Shown: one piece after another, positions 55,329 through 64,000 of the stretch
Layout of the letters: every line of letters starts with the position of its first letter
Numbering within the stretch: the stretch's first letter is position 1
Source: a virus
IMG/VR virus record: IMGVR_UViG_3300008085_000023
Coordinates: 77,906-141,905 of that record
Length of the DNA: 64,000 nucleotides
Reading direction: 5' to 3' (one strand)
Made by a program: the position numbers and the translations under genes
Notes under the pieces: model-generated
Told to the model about the DNA's origin: nothing
The model's database searches: none
What the model saw: only the letters and a program-made list of their open reading frames with translations

Positions 55329-56815
55329 TTTGCTACTCCATTTACCCACTGCTTTGGCGCGTTGGCTTCTATGTAATAACCTGACTCAGCTGGATTGACT
55401 GGATTGTAGTAATGCTTTTTACCTTTGTTGCGTGCAGGTTTCCCCTTTTTTTGTTCCGGCATTTTCCGTTTCGATTCTTCAGAACGTGTCTGCCCTCGCA
55501 ATTTTGCGGCTGTTTTCTTTATCTTATCGGGATTATTATTGATCTTCATAACATGCTCTATGCTCTTCTGTTTACCCGTCAATCCCTTTGATATTGCTAT
55601 GCGGTGCTCAGCTGAAAGTGGTTTGCCTTTTCTAGATGAAACAGGGCGTTTAGATGATACACGGTTTAAAAACATTTTTTCTGCCGCTTCTTGCAGCAGT
55701 GGATCTTCAAAATAACAATCATTATTTGGATCTCCTGCCATAAACGGAAATACTACTCTTGGACTCTTGAGGTGTAGAGTCTTAGCAATATCTGCCCAGC
55801 CCGACACACGCAACCCGTCTATAACAGCTGCCGTTCTTTGAGCAGATATTCGCCCCCGGTTCGCCGCTCTTATTTTTTCCATTATATGCTTAGGATGCTT
55901 TTTGCCATAAAACGGATTCTTATCTCCCTTGAGTATGCAAATATTCCCACCTAGTGTAAGATTGTATGTATCGTCTCTATCTACAAAATCATCATCTACT
56001 ATGCTTCTTTCATAAGCTTCTGCTTCAACAATATTATCGAAACGAGCTAAGATCGTCCGTTTGAAGTTTTCTGGCCCATATTTTTCAATCGCCCGCTTAA
56101 TCAATTTTCCCGAACCCATATAGCCATCATTTTCGTTGTGAGTCCCATGAAAGCCGACATATATCTTACCATTGATCTCATTTTTAATTTGATAAACCAA
56201 ATATGTCTTCATATCGTTATTTACATCTAGAGAAGTTTGCACTAATCTTTTTATTGGAGCATGGAAAATGTTTTCATGATCATCAACTACAGTAATGTAT
56301 GTATCGGCCGCCACACAACTCGTTCCTCGTATGGAACTAGATGATGTTGATGCAGCAAAGATTTTAGAATTGTTTGAAAACTCGATCGATAATTTATTCA
56401 GAGCTTTACACCCAGGCTGCAAGAAGAATGGAATATTTTCAAGAGCTAGTGTGATACGCGATAGCATCTCTTTAGCAATAGCAGCTTTATTAGCAAGGAT
56501 ACCAATCGTTTGTTCAGATTGAAATAACGCTGTCCAGAGCAAAAATACAACAGATGTAATCGATTTTCCACTCTGACGACATGCAAGAATAACAGAAAAT
56601 CGATTATTCTTGAGATGGCGTAGCATCTTACGCTGATATGTATACGGTTCAAAGGGTACTAAGCCTCGATCCAAATGAATGACCTTAACGTACTTCTCAG
56701 CAAAGTAAACAGGATTCTTCGCGCACTTCATGTATTCGTCGACTTCTTCTTTTGTGAAGTCATGACTTACACCATCGCGCTTAATATTTGCATTACCTAA
56801 ATATGAATCATTCAT
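55316..56815 (-). CDS. gp17: Terminase large subunit part 1: ATPase N-extein (166 aa), short IntN1 (~35 aa), in-frame GIY-YIG endonuclease (298 aa)
   Basis: YLGN.N.K, RQSGKS, LANK, SIRGTS|CVAADT; LVYQIKN..NGKIYVG...YMGSG; NUMOD3-like repeats. Confidence 0.9.
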   Translation of the reverse strand: MNDSYLGNANIKRDGVSHDFTKEEVDEYMKCAKNPVYFAEKYVKVIHLDRGLVPFEPYTYQRKMLRHLKNNRFSVILACRQSGKSITSVVFLLWTALFQSEQTIGILANKAAIAKEMLSRITLALENIPFFLQPGCKALNKLSIEFSNNSKIFAASTSSSSIRGTSCVAADTYITVVDDHENIFHAPIKRLVQTSLDVNNDMKTYLVYQIKNEINGKIYVGFHGTHNENDGYMGSGKLIKRAIEKYGPENFKRTILARFDNIVEAEAYERSIVDDDFVDRDDTYNLTLGGNICILKGDKNPFYGKKHPKHIMEKIRAANRGRISAQRTAAVIDGLRVSGWADIAKTLHLKSPRVVFPFMAGDPNNDCYFEDPLLQEAAEKMFLNRVSSKRPVSSRKGKPLSAEHRIAISKGLTGKQKSIEHVMKINNNPDKIKKTAAKLRGQTRSEESKRKMPEQKKGKPARNKGKKHYYNPVNPAESGYYIEANAPKQWVNGVAKCKS

Positions 56816-57258
56816 TAATCGTCCTCAAGTTCCACGTTAATAACCCTACCAACCTGCTGTTGGATTGCCTTCTGCAGTTCTGGAGTCGATCCTACAAAGA
56901 TGGCAGTATTATTCGTCGCGCGTCCATTACCTATAGCCTTATGAGGATTATTCAACTCATCGAGCTTATGTCTCCTCTTCTGCAAGTCGAGGAGTTGGTT
57001 AGCTAAATCACCTGTAGTCTTAAGGAGTCCTGAGAGAACCTCAAACATTCTGGGGTGTTCCGAATCCTGAGCCAAAAGCATCAGAGATTCTAACGCATGC
57101 TGTGATTGTTTAATAAGACTGGTCAGTGTTTCTCTAGCAATCTGATAATCTTCTTCGCCATCTACTGTCAACGCAATGGTCTCGGCCTTACGTTTTGTAT
57201 TGGCCAGCTCTGTCTTATACGTCGAAAGCAGAGCGTTTTTCGGGTCCTTCTTCATCAT
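56815..57258 (-). CDS. gp16: Terminase small subunit
   Basis: DY..AR, A..SEHPR.FEV, NN.AIFVGST.ELQK. Confidence 0.92.
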   Translation of the reverse strand: MMKKDPKNALLSTYKTELANTKRKAETIALTVDGEEDYQIARETLTSLIKQSQHALESLMLLAQDSEHPRMFEVLSGLLKTTGDLANQLLDLQKRRHKLDELNNPHKAIGNGRATNNTAIFVGSTPELQKAIQQQVGRVINVELEDD

Positions 57259-57266
57259 GCCACTTC

Positions 57267-58226
57267 CTAATCTTGTAATGTAATTGATATAGGCATAAAG
57301 CTCTGGTCGCTCTTATCCCCAAACAATTGCTCATTAGCATTATATAAATTTTCTAACTTAGTGATAACCACTCCCGTTTCAGTCGTACTTTCAACCAAAC
57401 CGGCGTGGCCACTATCAATTCCAATAAGGTTTTCACCCTCAACGTATTGCACTGGCACACCAAACTCAACCAAATAATGCTGATCTGGATTTACATTTGA
57501 AATATATGATGTGCTATTTCCTTCGTCGTCTGGTACAGCAACCGTCTTCTCACCAGCAAACTCCTGATCATCTGGATCGCGCATGTTCGCTGTTGCTCGC
57601 AAGATGACTCCTTCGCGTGTTATTGCTCCAAGGTATTTTGCTTTGGCTGTAAATGACAAAGTGTAGATGATAGGTCGAAGAGCAACGAATTCACCTTCAT
57701 AGTCATCAGTTAATGCCACATCATCCAAAATGAAAGGCACCATTGTTGTGCTGTCAGGACCTTCCATTCCTTTAACCGCCATGGTGTATTCAGGCGTAAA
57801 GATAGGAATGATTTGTTCTAAAATCTGCAATGCCTCATCCATGTTACGTCCATATATGTCTAAGGTGAATGTAATATCATATGGAACTGCAGGATATGCT
57901 GCATCTGCTGCTTCATTGGTTCCAGCAATGTGGTATTGCCTACGGTTCATTGCATTCAGTTTACTTGCTGAATCATGAGCGATGCCGGTGATTTCAAAAC
58001 TCATTCGCGGCAGTTTAATCGCTAGTTCTGGTCCTTTATCCTCAACTATACGAGATAAGAACTTGTCACGGGGCCCATATGATAATGGTACCCGCATCAC
58101 GTTAGCGAGTGTGCCGTCTGAGAGCTGCCTTGCTACACTAATATTGTTAAATAACATACCAAATACGGTCACTATCTTTTTTGTAGTTCCGTAGTAAAAA
58201 TAATCTGAATTGCTAGCAGCACCCAT
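57267..58226 (-). CDS. gp15: Tail sheath stabiliser / terminator
   Basis: FG.LFNNI, VPL.YGP..KFL.R, LPRMSFE, QI.EQI.P.F.P. Confidence 0.93.
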   Translation of the reverse strand: MGAASNSDYFYYGTTKKIVTVFGMLFNNISVARQLSDGTLANVMRVPLSYGPRDKFLSRIVEDKGPELAIKLPRMSFEITGIAHDSASKLNAMNRRQYHIAGTNEAADAAYPAVPYDITFTLDIYGRNMDEALQILEQIIPIFTPEYTMAVKGMEGPDSTTMVPFILDDVALTDDYEGEFVALRPIIYTLSFTAKAKYLGAITREGVILRATANMRDPDDQEFAGEKTVAVPDDEGNSTSYISNVNPDQHYLVEFGVPVQYVEGENLIGIDSGHAGLVESTTETGVVITKLENLYNANEQLFGDKSDQSFMPISITLQD

Positions 58227-59134
58227 TATAAACCTCCGAAAGGATTGTTTTCAGTAAAGTCCAGAATAACATCCTTTTCCTTTTCGTATATGTCAGCTTT
58301 ATCTACGGCGTCGTTGTCAATATTTGGGAATCTAGCATCTGCAAGATCAATGATTTCATTAATGATAGCATTAGCTCCAGATTCATCGCCAGAGACACCT
58401 GTACCAGCACTCAGGCGTACCAAAGTTCCGGCTGGATAAGATATATTCGTAAGGCTAAAGAGTGTCTCCAGACCACTCTCGTCAACTGCTACGAGTTCCG
58501 CAGTAATAACATCACCCTGAGAATTAGTCATGGTCAATTTTTCAGTAGGTATGAATTCACCATTTGTCACAGCAACTGCAGCTGCAAGAACGGCAGCATA
58601 CTTTCTTTCAATATCATCGATATCGTCAATTCCTGTATCAATATCCTGAGACTCATATGTGAAGATCTCGCAACGCAGAGAATATGTTGGGACATGATTC
58701 AACTTGAAAAACGGCGCCTGATCTTCAACGAAACGAATTTCAAACATAGCTTTAGCAAAAGGCACCCAAATCAAATCACCTTCGTAGGGGCGTTCTTGGG
58801 TAATATCATTCATACTACTTTTAACTAATTCATTCCAACGCTTAACAGATACAACTAACGTGCATTGGTCGGCAACATGTAAACCAAACTTGCCCAAGAA
58901 GTCTTCACCTTCAAAGCCATCCAATTCAGATAGATACATCTCGACGGTATATACTTCATTAAAACGAGAAAGCTTTTCCTCGTTTAATATTTCATCAATT
59001 TCAACAACATCCCGTGGCAGATAATTTACGTCAAAGCCGTACATCTTTATTGATTCAATAATCAAATCTTCATAAAGACTTTGCTCACTCGTAATACCAT
59101 TGTTGAAAGAATTAACATATTGATTAGTAGGCAT
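58226..59134 (-). CDS. gp14: Neck protein
   Basis: EQ.LYEDLI.ESI..YG, RP.EGDLI, DF.E.NPFG. Confidence 0.93.
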   Translation of the reverse strand: MPTNQYVNSFNNGITSEQSLYEDLIIESIKMYGFDVNYLPRDVVEIDEILNEEKLSRFNEVYTVEMYLSELDGFEGEDFLGKFGLHVADQCTLVVSVKRWNELVKSSMNDITQERPYEGDLIWVPFAKAMFEIRFVEDQAPFFKLNHVPTYSLRCEIFTYESQDIDTGIDDIDDIERKYAAVLAAAVAVTNGEFIPTEKLTMTNSQGDVITAELVAVDESGLETLFSLTNISYPAGTLVRLSAGTGVSGDESGANAIINEIIDLADARFPNIDNDAVDKADIYEKEKDVILDFTENNPFGGL

Positions 59135-59137
59135 ATC

Positions 59138-59890
59138 TTATCCAATTGCCATCATCGGCGGGTACTCATATTTCGATTGCATGGTCTCTTCAATTTGGTC
59201 GATGTCAGCTTTAGCCTCATCGTAAATTGCTTGGCCATTGATCTCAACACTTCCTGGTAGTTGCATACCAGTGAATTTCTTCATATTAGTGCCCCACTGC
59301 ATTTTAATTAGAGCGGTCAAGTAGCGTTTCAGAAACATATCATTATATACATCAACATATTCAGCAGGATTAATTGTCGAATACCCAACGATAATGATCC
59401 ACTCGCCAACTTTGAAGTTACCACCAACGCTACCGTCAATACGCAAACGATTAAGGTGACGATTGAAACGAATCTTTTGTTGATGGCCATTATCGAAAAT
59501 CATATTCAATAGACCCATGTATTCCTGAGTCATAACGTAGTCAATCATTGAACTTGGTGCGCGAAGGTCATATACATCGTTCAGATGCATCTGATATTCA
59601 ACTGAAAACATGTTTGTTGAACTGCCATTATTACTAGTTGGAAGAACATGTGTAACGAAAATAAGATTTTCAGGGATAAGAATATAATCATTATCAATAT
59701 CATCTTCGGTTATCTGATATTTACGCATATGCTCAAACGTCGCATCTGAATGATATTCTTGATACAACTGAATTGCTTCGTCGACACGATCTTCTAACTG
59801 AACCGGCGCTACATTGATTTCGACTACAGGTGAGCCTAATGCTCTTAAGCAATAATCGATCAATTCTTGTCTACTAGTTGGTTTAGCCAT
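59138..59890 (-). CDS. gp13: Neck protein, start revised to MAKPTSR
   Basis: LIDYCLR.LG.PV.EINV, Y.TALIK.QWG.N..KF...LPG. Confidence 0.93.
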   Translation of the reverse strand: MAKPTSRQELIDYCLRALGSPVVEINVAPVQLEDRVDEAIQLYQEYHSDATFEHMRKYQITEDDIDNDYILIPENLIFVTHVLPTSNNGSSTNMFSVEYQMHLNDVYDLRAPSSMIDYVMTQEYMGLLNMIFDNGHQQKIRFNRHLNRLRIDGSVGGNFKVGEWIIIVGYSTINPAEYVDVYNDMFLKRYLTALIKMQWGTNMKKFTGMQLPGSVEINGQAIYDEAKADIDQIEETMQSKYEYPPMMAIG

Positions 59891-59907
59891 AATATTACTT
59901 ATATCCG

Positions 59908-60384
59908 TTAATGGGTTTGCTCGATTTGTGGGTGATCTCTCAATAGCCAACCCATAAATTCATGGCGGAATCTAGCATTTGAAAAGAACAACGTACTGAA
60001 TATTGTTAAGAATATTAATATGCCATACGTGAAAACTTTCCAATTAGCTTTCACCGCCCGCCAAAGAAGTGATGGCCAAGAGTTAGGTTCAGCATTCTTT
60101 ATCTCCTTTAGCATCAACTCATGCATATGACTAGCATATGTCTTTTCAATAGCGTCAACGCGAACAAGTAAATTTTCAAGAGAATTGTTGAGTGAAACAA
60201 CCTCTTGAGATAAAGTAGTAATTACCTGGTTGATTGCTAGGACTTTATACGCAATAGAATCTTCAACACTGCCATTTCCAAGCAATACTTTCGAAAGCTT
60301 TCGTGAAGTTTCATCGCTTGTTTTTAAAAGCGCTCGTAAAGTTGCTAACGCTTCTCGTACTTCTGCTTCGTTAAATTCGCTCAT
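59908..60384 (-). CDS. Coiled-coil protein with C-terminal transmembrane helix
   Basis: VFTYGILIFLTIFSTLFF. Confidence 0.55.
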   Translation of the reverse strand: MSEFNEAEVREALATLRALLKTSDETSRKLSKVLLGNGSVEDSIAYKVLAINQVITTLSQEVVSLNNSLENLLVRVDAIEKTYASHMHELMLKEIKNAEPNSWPSLLWRAVKANWKVFTYGILIFLTIFSTLFFSNARFRHEFMGWLLRDHPQIEQTH

Positions 60385-60874
60385 CAGATTCCTCCAGATC
60401 TAAAATTAGTGGATCTGGAGGAATGATAATGATTCGTATGGATGAATCTTCCAGAAAACACACGCTATGCTCAATATTGCCTTTAATCATAAAGGTCTCA
60501 CCTGCTGATAACACGTGTTCAATTGGATCAGTAGATTCACTACTAGCCAAAATTATTATTTTTCCAGATATAACATTAAAGATTTCATCACACCCTATAT
60601 GATTATGCGGCGCCATTTTAAATCCTGCATTCGCGCTTGCGTTCATTACATGCAGATGTTTATCTTGGTATAAATGCAGGATGTCGATTGTACCGGTTTC
60701 GCCTGTTAAGAAAGTATCTGACTTGATCATATGCTCTAATGTGGGATGGGGATTTATCAGTTCCATTGACATCTTCTCGATGATCATATCTAATTTGGAT
60801 AGATCTAAAGGACCTGGCTTATTATCTTTATGAAACCATGGATGTTGTTTAGCTATTTGTGGATCTAACGTCAT
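60371..60874 (-). CDS. Cupin-domain protein
   Basis: PHNH...E.F.V.SG; L.AGE...I..NIEHSV. Confidence 0.8.
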   Translation of the reverse strand: MTLDPQIAKQHPWFHKDNKPGPLDLSKLDMIIEKMSMELINPHPTLEHMIKSDTFLTGETGTIDILHLYQDKHLHVMNASANAGFKMAPHNHIGCDEIFNVISGKIIILASSESTDPIEHVLSAGETFMIKGNIEHSVCFLEDSSIRIIIIPPDPLILDLEESDERI

Positions 60875-61020
60875 GATATAACCTATGGACCTTCACTAAC
60901 AGGTTGATCAACCTGTTCAACTATAACATCGTCAGAGTGAGTCATCTTTGGGATCCAGATCTTTGTTAGTTTTAATTATCAACAAAACTGGCCGGATGAA
61001 TTCACCCAGCCAGTAAGTAT

Positions 61021-61482
61021 TTACTGAGCAGGTCTGCTGTTATCAATGGTGACAGTGTTGCCATCACCAGTAACATTAATCACAGTGGTTTCTTGATCAG
61101 AATCTCCGCCCACAGTCTGTGTAGGACTATTCGCACCCGGAACAGCCGGTGCCGGCTTTTCGTCGGTAGCAGTTTCTTTGCTATTAGATTTCGAATCTTC
61201 TTCGTACCACAGCAATTCATGCTCTTTAAGCACAAGCTGATCAACGGCAACAGCTGTAATCACTCCGCCTATAATTTTCCATTTGTGCTTACTAACTCCG
61301 GCAAGCACAGCCTTACTCCAAGATTGTTCGCGCTTTCCTTCAGCGTTTGTGCCTGCTAGTAGGTCTACACCAACTGTTGCGGCCGAACCATCCGGTGCTA
61401 CATCAAGCACAACAGGTGCTGGATCCTGAGCCAGAGCAAAACCAGTCATCAACATCGCCATCAGAATATACATATTTTTCAT
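61021..61482 (-). CDS. Hypothetical exported/membrane protein
   Basis: Signal peptide ending ALA; GAGGG RBS; TATAAATA at 61513-61520; stem-loop at 60987-61014. Confidence 0.6.
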   Translation of the reverse strand: MKNMYILMAMLMTGFALAQDPAPVVLDVAPDGSAATVGVDLLAGTNAEGKREQSWSKAVLAGVSKHKWKIIGGVITAVAVDQLVLKEHELLWYEEDSKSNSKETATDEKPAPAVPGANSPTQTVGGDSDQETTVINVTGDGNTVTIDNSRPAQ

Positions 61483-61697
61483 ACAATCCCTCTCGTCTCT
61501 TTTAATTATTGTTATTTATATAATTAGAATACTTAGTAATCTAATCGTTTATAATGGCTCTCCATGTGATACTGCCTGCCGCGCGCGTTTGATGACCGCC
61601 AAACTAGTGAAACATAACACCAATGTATCGCTCTCCCCGCTAAATTTGAACCAATCGTTTCCACGGCTGGCCACCGCCACGTCTGCATGCCTAACGC

Positions 61698-61907
61698 CTA
61701 TGCAAGTAGCCGAACAGAGTGCGACAAGCCAGTTACCAGTGCGAGATCTAAATCACTATCATTCAAGCTGTCATCGAAGATCGACGGTGCATTAGGCAGC
61801 GTTTTTGGGCGTGCCCGTATTGTTGAAGATATTCGCGGAACATACTTGACCGAGTCAGGATATCGTTCTCTCAGGTCTCCATCCTCGCCAATTTCGTACT
61901 TTGCCAT
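61698..61907 (-). CDS. Hypothetical protein in the GC-rich insert
   Basis: AAGG/GGGA upstream of ATG. Confidence 0.35.
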   Translation of the reverse strand: MAKYEIGEDGDLRERYPDSVKYVPRISSTIRARPKTLPNAPSIFDDSLNDSDLDLALVTGLSHSVRLLA

Positions 61908-62186
61908 TTTCCCAACCTTTCCGTTGTCTCGCCCCTGCTAGTGTCTTGCTGCCAACAAAGTTGTTGAGTCGACCACTTGCGTATCCATCTGCCCGAGAAA
62001 CACCCCAGTAACCTAGTCAAGTGACCTTCATAGTTGCAATATGCCTACAGAATGTCAACAGCGGGCACATTATCAGGTATCCAGTGCGTGATGACCTGTG
62101 CGTAAGGCTCTTCCAGCCGCCACAGGTCCGGCGTATTGTGCTGCTGCGGTGCCCAGTTCAAATTGCCTATGAATCGCGGCGTCATA

Positions 62187-62828
62187 TCAGCTTTGCCTCT
62201 TTCCCGGCTGCGGAATCACCCACGGACGCCGCGCCCCGTTATCATACAAAATCACCACATACACCGGCCCGGGCTCGAACGCGCTGCCGGGCTGGTCGAT
62301 TCGCACAATAGGTGTGTGCCCTTCGTAAGGCGCCACGCGGCGACAAGTAGCGAGCACATTGACGCCTGCGGGATCGGTAGCGATTACGACCGCTTTCCAT
62401 GTTGCGCGGCCCGGTTCCCCGAGATCCTCACCAAGGTAGACTTTGGGAAACAGAATCGCTGTGCCGTTTCCGCTGTGATTGACAGGCTTCCAAATGAACC
62501 CGCCCTTTGGTTGTGCAGTCGGGAAGAACGGCGGGAGCTGGGTGGCATCCCACGACTCACGCGGAGGAAGCTTGGCTATGCGCTCGGCTTCTCTGGCCTC
62601 CTCTGCCCTGTCGGCCTCTTCTTGCGCTTCCCTTGCGGCTTCCTCGGCGGCCAGCTTGTCGGCGGCTGCTTTCTCTGCCTCGGCCTTTTCAAGTGCCTTT
62701 TGCGCGTCCTTGTTCTGTTCGTAGGTCTGGCGTTCGTCATAGGCTCTGAGAGCCAGTTCCTTGATGGATGATGTGCTGCATCCAGACAACACCAGTACCG
62801 CCAATAATGCAACCGCTACATATCTCAT
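62187..62828 (-). CDS. Putative lipoprotein, start revised to MRYVAVALL
   Basis: GGAGG RBS; lipobox LSG-C; Ala/Glu coiled-coil linker. Confidence 0.72.
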   Translation of the reverse strand: MRYVAVALLAVLVLSGCSTSSIKELALRAYDERQTYEQNKDAQKALEKAEAEKAAADKLAAEEAAREAQEEADRAEEAREAERIAKLPPRESWDATQLPPFFPTAQPKGGFIWKPVNHSGNGTAILFPKVYLGEDLGEPGRATWKAVVIATDPAGVNVLATCRRVAPYEGHTPIVRIDQPGSAFEPGPVYVVILYDNGARRPWVIPQPGKRQS

Positions 62829-63028
62829 TTCACACCTCCATGTTTCTTCATTTCCCGACACGCCTTACGCCATAATTTCAACGGATCAACAACACGATAC
62901 CGGCGCGGCTCGCAGTCGCACGGCATTCCGCCCTCTGGAGTCACTTTACCACACTTTCGGCACTCGTATAGCGTCCGCGCGTATGTGACCGCTCGCTCGA
63001 TGATGTATAGCTGCCGAGGTGTCATCAT
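62825..63028 (-). CDS. Small Cys-rich hypothetical protein
   Basis: CRKCG...PCDC; ATGA overlap with the next gene. Confidence 0.5.
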   Translation of the reverse strand: MMTPRQLYIIERAVTYARTLYECRKCGKVTPEGGMPCDCEPRRYRVVDPLKLWRKACREMKKHGGVK

Positions 63029-63136
63029 GTGCCCCCCCAGTCGGAATCAAGTTACCCACCACCTCGAAAAACGTCCATGTCGTTCCGTCGCCAGCAATCG
63101 CGGAAAGTTCCTCGAACTCATTTTTGCTTCTCCTTG

Positions 63137-63631
63137 TTAATGCCTAATTGCATCATCCCACCACTTATCCCCGCCTTCCCGCTTGCCTTCTGCATCAATA
63201 GCCAATAGTTTCAATGCAAAATCAATTGCTTGCATAGGATTTTGTGACTGTATCGCCGATATACGAACTCTAATCTCGTTAAACCCTCGCTTATTAAAAT
63301 CACCAAATAGAGCAAAACATAAATCATAAAAGTTATTCTCAACAGATTTCAATGAATCAGGCTTTTCATTTTGCCGAATCTGTTCTTTTAAAATCCTCAT
63401 AGCTTCAACTTCGTGCATCGGTTTCCCAACAATTACCCCATCTACAACTTTAAGCAAAGAAACATCCAATCCACTAGGCGCGTCAACTCTAATAATTGCA
63501 TTCGTAGGATATGGCGTATCTTTTTTATGTCTTGTTACATTACCCGCATCATCAACGGTATAATACACCCCCGCAAATATTGTGTTGCAAACCACTAAAG
63601 ACATTATTAACAACTTAAATAACTTAATCAT
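63137..63631 (-). CDS. Hypothetical protein (tail-fibre-assembly-like position)
   Basis: GGAGG RBS; follows the repeat-containing gene. Confidence 0.5.
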   Translation of the reverse strand: MIKLFKLLIMSLVVCNTIFAGVYYTVDDAGNVTRHKKDTPYPTNAIIRVDAPSGLDVSLLKVVDGVIVGKPMHEVEAMRILKEQIRQNEKPDSLKSVENNFYDLCFALFGDFNKRGFNEIRVRISAIQSQNPMQAIDFALKLLAIDAEGKREGGDKWWDDAIRH

Positions 63632-64000
63632 TATTGCACCTCCTTGAATATTGTAATGACATCATAATCACTTGTTTCTGACACGGTTCTTAGTTTTAGT
63701 GTGGTATTGGTTGAGCCAATCCATCCATTTATTTCTGGAACTCGCCACATTGTTGCACCTGAGATATAGTCATATTTTAATGGTGTTGTAAGCGTTGCCA
63801 ATCCTGTCGATACATGCCTTAATACATCACCATCTCCTGTTCCAAGGCCTTGACCGGCATAGAGTTTGCCATCATATACACAAAGAGAGAAGATGACCTC
63901 TTGTGCTCCATCATAAGAGATTGTCCACGTTGTTCCATCATAGACTAGGACATCACCATCTCCTGTTCCAGAGCCTTGACCGGCATAGAGTTTGCCATCA
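63631..64000 (-). CDS. C-terminus of a beta-propeller-like repeat protein (enters from beyond the window)
   Basis: DGKLYAGQG(S/L)GTGDGDVL twice with a 42-aa period (63824-63874 and 63950-64000). Confidence 0.7.
   Translation of the reverse strand, partial: DGKLYAGQGSGTGDGDVLVYDGTTWTISYDGAQEVIFSLCVYDGKLYAGQGLGTGDGDVLRHVSTGLATLTTPLKYDYISGATMWRVPEINGWIGSTNTTLKLRTVSETSDYDVITIFKEVQ

Noticed and set aside
55316-55349. Programmed frameshift making intein 1 contiguous
   Set aside because: No slippery heptamer; a GGAG RBS 7 nt before ATG 55328 supports an independent start. Not fully excluded without reads.
334-63598. Plus-strand ORFs in the track (e.g. 334..891, 46776..47411, 62136..62771)
   Set aside because: Antisense shadows of well-supported minus-strand genes.
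1-64000. Stop-codon reassignment
   Set aside because: Core genes are full length in the standard code and end in TAA, TAG and TGA; gene breaks coincide with intein boundaries.

Overview
64 kb of a T4-like myophage genome. Nearly all genes are on the minus strand. In transcription order (high to low coordinates): a GC-rich foreign-looking insert (~61.55-63.13 kb); the morphogenesis block gp13-14-15-16-17-18-19-20-(67)-21-22-23-3; uvsY, uvsW, gp55, gp47, gp46; proteins with capsid-targeting-like N-termini; a decaying glycan-modification locus; tmRNA and several tRNA-like RNAs; a class II ribonucleotide reductase; an array of 37 tRNA genes covering all 20 amino acids; HNH/GIY-YIG nucleases; RNase H; two large paralogous virion-type proteins; and a HEXXH peptidase. 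Main finding: the tRNA array is preceded by a 33-codon leader ORF absent from the ORF track (17713-17814). It contains all 20 amino acids. Its stop codon lies in the 5' arm of an antiterminator hairpin that is mutually exclusive with an intrinsic terminator. This looks like a ribosome-mediated attenuator that switches on a complete backup tRNA set when almost any tRNA is depleted. Other highlights: the large terminase is split into three polypeptides joined by two atypically split inteins, each with a GIY-YIG nuclease at the split; nrdJ is fractured by a split intein plus a free-standing nuclease; and there are several structurally odd tRNAs or tRNA mimics (circularly permuted, D-armless/pseudoknotted, long-variable-arm Pro and Asn, D-loop-expanded). 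All calls are from reading by eye; no searches or folding programs were run.
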